Positions 58,480-64,000 of a stretch of DNA of 64,000 nucleotides are shown one piece after another. The stretch's first letter is position 1; the number at the start of each line of letters is the position of its first letter. A model generated the notes under the pieces. That model saw only the letters and a program-made list of their open reading frames with translations. It ran no database searches and was not told the DNA's origin. Origin of the DNA: Eubacteriales bacterium (GTDB lineage: Bacteria > Bacillota > Clostridia > Lachnospirales > Lachnospiraceae); the NCBI GenBank assembly GCA_036453165.1, contig JAZHVR010000013.1, positions 19,821-83,820 of the forward strand, written 5' to 3'. Both the position numbers and the translations under genes were made by a program.

Positions 58480-59301
58480 ATGATTACAAGTATTTCGAAT
58501 GCACAGGTAAAAGAAGTTATCCGGCTGCTGTCGAAGGCAAAAGAAAGACACACGCAGGGATGTTTTGTGGCGGAGGGCATCAAGCTCTTTTGCGAGACGC
58601 CGGAGGAACTGAGACGCAGGGTTTATGTCTCAGAATCATTTTTGCAGAATCCGGAGCACCTCGAAATGATGCACAGCTGCGGTGTCGTTGCGGAGAATGA
58701 GAATTCTGAGGAGTTCGTTACCGCAGTCACAGTATCCGATGATGTTTTCCGGAAGATGAGCGATACACAGACGCCGCAGGGTATTATGACGGTAGCTTCG
58801 ATACCGGAATATTCCCGGGAGCAGCTTCTCGGAAACGGCGTGAATCCTCTCGTGATGGTCCTTGAAGATCTCCAGGATCCCGGCAATGTGGGGACGATCA
58901 TCCGGACGGCAGAGGGAGCCGGTGTGACGGGTATTTTTATGAGCAGCCACACGGCCGACTGCTTTCAGCCGAAGGTAGTGCGCGCCACCATGGGCTCTGT
59001 ATACAGGGTGCCTGTCCGGCGGGAGGATTCTCTGGTGGAGCTTACGGACTGGCTCAGGAGCAGGGGAGTGACTGCATATGCGGCCCATCTGCGCGGAAAG
59101 AGAAGTTACACGAGAGAAGATTATACGGGAGGCACAGCCTTTCTTATCGGCAATGAGGGAAATGGATTGTCTGACAGACTGACAGAGGCTGCCGGCGTGC
59201 TTGTCCGGATACCGATGGAAGGAAAAGTGGAGTCGCTCAACGCTGCCGTGGCATCTGCACTCCTCATGTATGAAGCCCACAGACAGAGGGATGAGGAGTA
59301 A
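58480..59301 (+). CDS. TrmH/SpoU family RNA methyltransferase
   Basis: Motifs LQDPGNVGTIIR, IGNEGNG and ESLNAAVAS. Confidence 0.93.
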   Translation: MITSISNAQVKEVIRLLSKAKERHTQGCFVAEGIKLFCETPEELRRRVYVSESFLQNPEHLEMMHSCGVVAENENSEEFVTAVTVSDDVFRKMSDTQTPQGIMTVASIPEYSREQLLGNGVNPLVMVLEDLQDPGNVGTIIRTAEGAGVTGIFMSSHTADCFQPKVVRATMGSVYRVPVRREDSLVELTDWLRSRGVTAYAAHLRGKRSYTREDYTGGTAFLIGNEGNGLSDRLTEAAGVLVRIPMEGKVESLNAAVASALLMYEAHRQRDEE

Positions 59302-59439
59302 ATTTCAAAATTGTTAAATCTCAATGTGTCACCGGAGGTGAAACTCAGAGGGCTGAATTAAACCCGTTGTGTGTCCGGGTGCATTTTCCCCACCAGAATT
59401 GGCCCTTCAGGTGGGAAGAAGGTGGCAAATATGGGGGTG

Positions 59440-59468
59440 TTGACAACCCGCAGACGTGATGGTATAAT
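59440..59468 (+). promoter_or_regulatory. Full-consensus sigma70 promoter of the cell-wall hydrolase
   Basis: TTGACA-17 bp-TATAAT with extended -10 TG. Confidence 0.8.
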
Positions 59469-59558
59469 CCGATTCGTAACAAACGTAACAATTTCGTAAA
59501 ACTTATAATAAAACAATAATATTTACGGATTGTTACTCAGTTTTCGAGGAGGTTATTT

Positions 59559-60827
59559 ATGAAGAATTTTAAGCCTGTAACGGCTGCTGCGAGTGCGCTG
59601 GTGCTGACACTTCTGTCTACATCACCGATCTATGCAGACGCCACTGCGGTTGATGATACCACAGCGGACAGCGCGGTTACAACGGGCACCTTCGATGGCT
59701 GCGCAGTTGCTGACGTCGAGATCGGCGAGTACTGCAATGTACGTGCTGATGCGACGGAAGACAGTGAGCGTGTCGGAGTATTATATCCGGGATGCGTTGC
59801 TGAGGTTGTCGGAGAAAAAGATGGATGGACAGAGATCAAATCAGGAAATGTTCAGGGATATGTCCGCTCAGATCTTCTTGTCACAGGAAGTGATATCAAT
59901 TCAAGAGTAGGCAAGAACGATTACGTGTCCTATACGGAGGTCACAGCACCGCTGCTGAATGTAAGAAGCGGAGCAGGTATGGATAATGACATTATCGGGA
60001 CTCTCGCTAACGGAGAACATGTAAAAGTTCTAAGCTATGAAGATGGCTGGTATAAAGCGGAACTCTCAGATGGCACCGAGGGATATATCTCCGCTGAGTG
60101 GGTGACCGCAGGCGATGATGTTCATTGTGCTATGAGCAATGATGAGTTCAATGCTTATCTGACAGCTCTGGAAAACGGCGAGACAGATGCGGATTTTGAC
60201 TCCATCATTGATTCTGAGGAGAACGCATCGGATGACAGCTCCGAGGACACTTCTACGGATGAAACTGACACGACCGCAGACTCTGCTGAGGAAACGGCAT
60301 CAGATACGACGGGTGAGACCACAACGGATACGACCACAACTGCAGAGGATACTACGGCATCAGACACAACGGATACTGAGAGTACGGCTGATGAAAGTAC
60401 TGATGATACCTCAGAGGATGTCGGAACAGTTTCTACAACTACTGAAGAGACAACAACAGACACAACTGAGGATACTTCCACAGTTCAGACTGCATCCGGA
60501 TCAGATGTAGACCTTCTTGCAGCTCTTATTTACTGCGAAGCAGGAAACCAGTCCTATGAAGGAAAAGTGGCTGTTGGCGCAGTTGTCATGAACCGTGTTG
60601 AGAGCTCAGCATTCCCGAACTCTATCAGTGAAGTTATCTATCAGTCAGGCCAGTTCACACCGGCTTCTTCAGGATCTCTTGCAAGTGCACTCGCATCAGG
60701 AGTTCCTTCATCCTGCTACCAGGCGGCACAGGATGCCATTGCCGGAACTGATCCGACGAATGGTGCACTTTATTTCTACGCGGGATCTGGAAACGGAACC
60801 GTCATCGACGGACAGACTTTCTATTAA
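59559..60827 (+). CDS. Secreted cell-wall hydrolase (two SH3b domains, acidic/Thr linker, SleB-like Hydrolase_2 domain)
   Basis: Signal peptide; SH3b motifs NVRADAT and LNVRSGAG; LIYCEAGNQ...VGAVVMNRV...YQSGQF. Confidence 0.9.
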   Translation: MKNFKPVTAAASALVLTLLSTSPIYADATAVDDTTADSAVTTGTFDGCAVADVEIGEYCNVRADATEDSERVGVLYPGCVAEVVGEKDGWTEIKSGNVQGYVRSDLLVTGSDINSRVGKNDYVSYTEVTAPLLNVRSGAGMDNDIIGTLANGEHVKVLSYEDGWYKAELSDGTEGYISAEWVTAGDDVHCAMSNDEFNAYLTALENGETDADFDSIIDSEENASDDSSEDTSTDETDTTADSAEETASDTTGETTTDTTTTAEDTTASDTTDTESTADESTDDTSEDVGTVSTTTEETTTDTTEDTSTVQTASGSDVDLLAALIYCEAGNQSYEGKVAVGAVVMNRVESSAFPNSISEVIYQSGQFTPASSGSLASALASGVPSSCYQAAQDAIAGTDPTNGALYFYAGSGNGTVIDGQTFY

Positions 60828-60857
60828 TTCCGCAATGAATTGATTTTGTAACGTGAG

Positions 60858-60889
60858 AGGACTCTCTGTTTTTACAGAGGGTCCTTTTT
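60858..60889 (+). terminator. Rho-independent terminator
   Basis: AGGACTCTCTGT...ACAGAGGGTCCT followed by a T run. Confidence 0.8.
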
Positions 60890-60913
60890 CGTGTATCCGC
60901 GTATCCGGAGGAT

Positions 60914-60927
60914 TGAATTACAAGTCA
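60914..60927 (+). promoter_or_regulatory. Possible ARG box (ArgR site) upstream of argF
   Basis: TGAATTACAAGTCA resembles TGAAT-W4-ATTCA; AT-rich context. Confidence 0.3.
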
Positions 60928-60982
60928 TATTTTTTTATAATCAATGTATTGCTGATTTTTATAATCGCGGGGAGGAATTGAG

Positions 60983-62011
60983 ATGAATTTAAAAGGACGC
61001 AGCTTTCTGACGCTGAAGGATTATTCTGAGGAGGAGATCATCTATCTTCTTGATCTTGCGGAGAGACTGAAGGAAAAGAAAAAAAGAGGAATCCAGGTTG
61101 ATCTTCTCAGAGGAAAAAATGTGGCGCTGATTTTTGAGAAGACGAGTACCAGAACCCGCTGCTCTTTTGAAGTAGCCGCACATGATCTCGGTATGGGAAC
61201 GACGTATCTGGATCCGAAGGGGTCACAGATCGGCAAGAAGGAGAGCATCAAGGATACAGCCCGCGTACTCGGAAGTATGTTCGAGGGCATCGAGTACCGC
61301 GGATTCGGGCAGGAAATTGTTGAGCAGCTGTCGGAGTACGCCGGCGTCCCTGTGTGGAACGGTCTGACAAACGAATATCATCCTACACAGATGCTGGCAG
61401 ATATGCTCACGATCCGTGAACACTTCGGAAAGCTGAAGGGACTGAAGCTTGCCTACCTCGGCGACGCCCGTTACAACATGGGAAATTCTTACATGGTCGC
61501 ATGCTCAAAGCTCGGCCTTCATTTTGTTGCCTGCGCACCGGAAAAATATTTCCCGAATCAGAAGCTCGTCGGCGAATGTGAAGGCTACTGTGAGAAGAGC
61601 GGAGGCACGATCACACTGACAGAGAATGTACAGGTGGGCGTGCGCGACGCAGACGTCATCTGCACGGATGTGTGGGTTTCCATGGGCGAGCCGGACAGCG
61701 TCTGGGAGGAGAGAATCCACGATCTGTCGCCGTATAAGGTTACGATGGACGTGATGGAGACTGCGGGAGACAGAGCTATTTTCCTGCATTGCCTGCCTTC
61801 ATTCCACGATCTTGGAACGACGATCGGCAAGGAGATCCATGACAAGTACGGACTTAACGATATGGAAGTTACAGACGAGGTATTTGAATCTGAGCGCTCT
61901 CACGTCTTCCAGGAGGCGGAGAACCGTATGCATACGATCAAGGCGGTTATGGCAGCGACACTCGGCGCAGACCGGGCGATCATGAACGAAGGAACGGGAT
62001 CATTGCGGTGA
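60983..62011 (+). CDS. argF: Ornithine carbamoyltransferase
   Basis: Motifs [24 protein letters not shown] and FLHCLP. Confidence 0.96.
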   Translation: MNLKGRSFLTLKDYSEEEIIYLLDLAERLKEKKKRGIQVDLLRGKNVALIFEKTSTRTRCSFEVAAHDLGMGTTYLDPKGSQIGKKESIKDTARVLGSMFEGIEYRGFGQEIVEQLSEYAGVPVWNGLTNEYHPTQMLADMLTIREHFGKLKGLKLAYLGDARYNMGNSYMVACSKLGLHFVACAPEKYFPNQKLVGECEGYCEKSGGTITLTENVQVGVRDADVICTDVWVSMGEPDSVWEERIHDLSPYKVTMDVMETAGDRAIFLHCLPSFHDLGTTIGKEIHDKYGLNDMEVTDEVFESERSHVFQEAENRMHTIKAVMAATLGADRAIMNEGTGSLR

Positions 62012-62790
62012 GTTCTGCTGAAGAAGTAAAAGGATATCTGAAAGAGGACGGCTGGACCGTATATCATGCGGCAGAGACGGACTCGACGAATGAGTGGGTC
62101 AAGAGGATTGCTGCGGAGGGCGCACCGGATCTGACGGTGTGCCTCGCCGATGAACAGACGGCAGGCAAGGGGAGGCTCGGAAGAGCCTGGAAATCGCCGG
62201 CAGGCACATCTGTCTCGATGAGCGTTCTGCTGCGGCCTGACGTTCCGCCGGAACGTCTGTCTATGCTGACACTTGTGATGGGTATGGCCGCGGCGGACGG
62301 CATCCGTGAAGTGACGGGTCTTGACGTAAAAATCAAGTGGCCGAATGATGTCGTGATCCACGGAAAGAAACTGTGCGGGATTCTCACTGAGGCGGGACCA
62401 GACGTGTCCTATATCGTCATAGGCATCGGCATCAATGTCAATATGTCCGAATTTCCTGATGAACTGAAGGACAAGGCGACGTCGATGTTTATAGAGACAG
62501 GCAGAAAGTATTCTCGATCAGAAACGGCTGCTGCTGTTCTTGACGCTTTTCTGAGGTATTACAGGATTTTTTCGGAGACGTGCGATATGTCTCACCTCCG
62601 CGATCCGTACCAGAAAATGCTGGTGAATATCAATGAGCGCGTGCGCGTACTGGATCCGGTAAAACCATTCGACGGGACGGCGCTCGGAATCGATGAGCAC
62701 GGGGATCTTCTTGTCAAAAAGGATGACGGGACCGTTACCAGTGTTTACTCAGGCGAAGTATCTGTGCGCGGAATCTATGGCTATGTCTGA
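62008..62790 (+). CDS. birA: Biotin--protein ligase (BirA without N-terminal HTH)
   Basis: Motifs [20 protein letters not shown] and [17 protein letters not shown]. Confidence 0.93.
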   Translation: MSSAEEVKGYLKEDGWTVYHAAETDSTNEWVKRIAAEGAPDLTVCLADEQTAGKGRLGRAWKSPAGTSVSMSVLLRPDVPPERLSMLTLVMGMAAADGIREVTGLDVKIKWPNDVVIHGKKLCGILTEAGPDVSYIVIGIGINVNMSEFPDELKDKATSMFIETGRKYSRSETAAAVLDAFLRYYRIFSETCDMSHLRDPYQKMLVNINERVRVLDPVKPFDGTALGIDEHGDLLVKKDDGTVTSVYSGEVSVRGIYGYV

Positions 62791-62834
62791 AAAATCAGCG
62801 CGGAAGTCCGCTTTCAGCATCGGAGACAGAACAT

Positions 62835-63167
62835 ATGGAACGTGAATTAGAGGAGAAAGTGCTCTGCGGAGCAAACGGATATAATAAAAAATATTTTTTT
62901 AATGATGAATTTTCAATTCTCCCGAAGAAAATACAGGATGAGCTGAAGATCATCTGCGTGACTTTCACGGAAAACTGCGGCGGGATCATCACACTCGAAT
63001 TCAATGATCAGGGAAGCCTTGTCATCAGAACACAGGCGGAAGAAAATGACGCGATGTATGACGACATTAATGCCGGACTGGAAGTAAAAAAAATTCAGGA
63101 AGACAGGCAGGAACTGTTCGAGGATCTTGAGCTCTTTTACAAGATGTTCAACGAGGGAGCTTTCTGA
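62835..63167 (+). CDS. Conserved hypothetical protein (DUF6145-like)
   Basis: VLCGANGYNKKYFFN...LPKKIQDELKIIC; family name recalled, not searched. Confidence 0.7.
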   Translation: MERELEEKVLCGANGYNKKYFFNDEFSILPKKIQDELKIICVTFTENCGGIITLEFNDQGSLVIRTQAEENDAMYDDINAGLEVKKIQEDRQELFEDLELFYKMFNEGAF

Positions 63168-63183
63168 TCTGGGAGGGTGCGAT

Positions 63184-64000
63184 TTGAAGTCTTTGAATAT
63201 TGGTAATGTTACCATTGAGGATCCGGTGATCCTCGGGCCGATGGCAGGTGTTACAGACCTGCCATTTCGCGTTTTATGCCATGAACACGGGGCGGGTCTT
63301 GTCTGCACAGAAATGGTCAGCGCCAAGGCCATTCTTTATCACAACCGGAATACGGAAGAATTGATGCGCATCGACGATAACGAGCACCCGGTGTCGCTCC
63401 AGCTGTTTGGAAGTGATCCGGATTCGGTTTCGGAAGCTGCGGCGATGATCGAAGACAGACCCTTCGATATCCTTGATTTTAACATGGGCTGTCCAGTTCC
63501 GAAGGTTGTCAACAACGGGGAGGGGTCTGCCCTTTTGAAAAATCCGGATCTCGCTGCAAAAATCATTGCTTCCGTTGTGAAAAAAATTCATAAGCCCGTC
63601 ACCGTAAAAATCAGGATCGGTTTTGACAAGGAACACATCAATGCCATTGAAGTCGCCAAGAGACTTGAGGACGCAGGAGCGTCAGCCATTGCCGTTCACG
63701 GCCGGACGAGATCACAGTATTATTCTGGAGAGGCGGACTGGGATGAGATACGGAAGGTGAAAGAATCTGTCTCTGTTCCTGTCATCGGAAATGGTGACGT
63801 GACTTCACCGGAGCGGGCGAAGGCTATGCTCGAGGAGACAGGTGTGGACGGAATAATGATCGCGAGAGGAGCAGAAGGCAATCCGTGGATTTTTGAGGAG
63901 TGCGTCTCTTATCTCAATACCGGAAAAATCCCGCCCCGCCCATCGAACAGCGAATTATTTAACACGATCCTGCGCCATGCCCAGATGGAGATCGCGCTGA
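63184..64000 (+). CDS. dusB: tRNA-dihydrouridine synthase B (partial, runs off the window; absent from the ORF track)
   Basis: Translated by hand from TTG at 63184: LGPMAGVTDLPFR, CTEMVSAK, QLFGS, DFNMGCPVPKV, VHGRT and IGNGDV; frame open to 64000. Confidence 0.95.
   Translation, partial: MKSLNIGNVTIEDPVILGPMAGVTDLPFRVLCHEHGAGLVCTEMVSAKAILYHNRNTEELMRIDDNEHPVSLQLFGSDPDSVSEAAAMIEDRPFDILDFNMGCPVPKVVNNGEGSALLKNPDLAAKIIASVVKKIHKPVTVKIRIGFDKEHINAIEVAKRLEDAGASAIAVHGRTRSQYYSGEADWDEIRKVKESVSVPVIGNGDVTSPERAKAMLEETGVDGIMIARGAEGNPWIFEECVSYLNTGKIPPRPSNSELFNTILRHAQMEIAL

Noticed and set aside
59302-59439. c-di-AMP (ydaO) riboswitch upstream of the cell-wall hydrolase
   Set aside because: Some pairing potential and GCTGAA, but the conserved GGGGAA / GGGGTGAA / GTCAGCTAACC blocks are not found, and the segment lies upstream of the consensus promoter.

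Overview
Core-genome segment of a Firmicute. Gene content and order suggest Clostridia, probably Lachnospiraceae (inference). Almost all real genes are on the + strand; only the LUD gene at 47123-47758 is on the minus strand. Contents in order: rimP-nusA-rnpM-L7Ae-infB-rbfA-DHH-truB-ribF; yerC(hisR)-hisH-hisF-ung-flippase; a small Ser/Thr-rich surface protein; an acyl-CoA ligase; an rRNA methyltransferase; the ranthipeptide (SCIFF) locus scfA-scfB followed by secDF; an orphan membrane Ser/Thr kinase; recJ-apt-relA-MBL-hemZ-HD-GYP-hisS-aspS; a YtrA-type GntR/ABC operon with two membrane-fusion proteins and a MacB-type permease; argS; tRNA-Gln; dnaE-pfkA-trmH; an SH3b cell-wall hydrolase; and argF-birA-DUF6145-dusB (truncated by the window end). 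No transposase, integrase, phage or cas gene was recognised. The unexplained structure is non-coding. First, a 12-unit, 64-bp-period array of alternately oriented GCGCATC/GATGCGC heptamers ends just upstream of the scfA promoter. Second, an 82-bp palindromic tandem repeat lies between scfA and scfB, with a degenerate solo copy after tRNA-Gln. Third, a dispersed family of nested palindromic elements has interchangeable shells and inserts. Most of the other ORFs in the supplied track are shadow ORFs.
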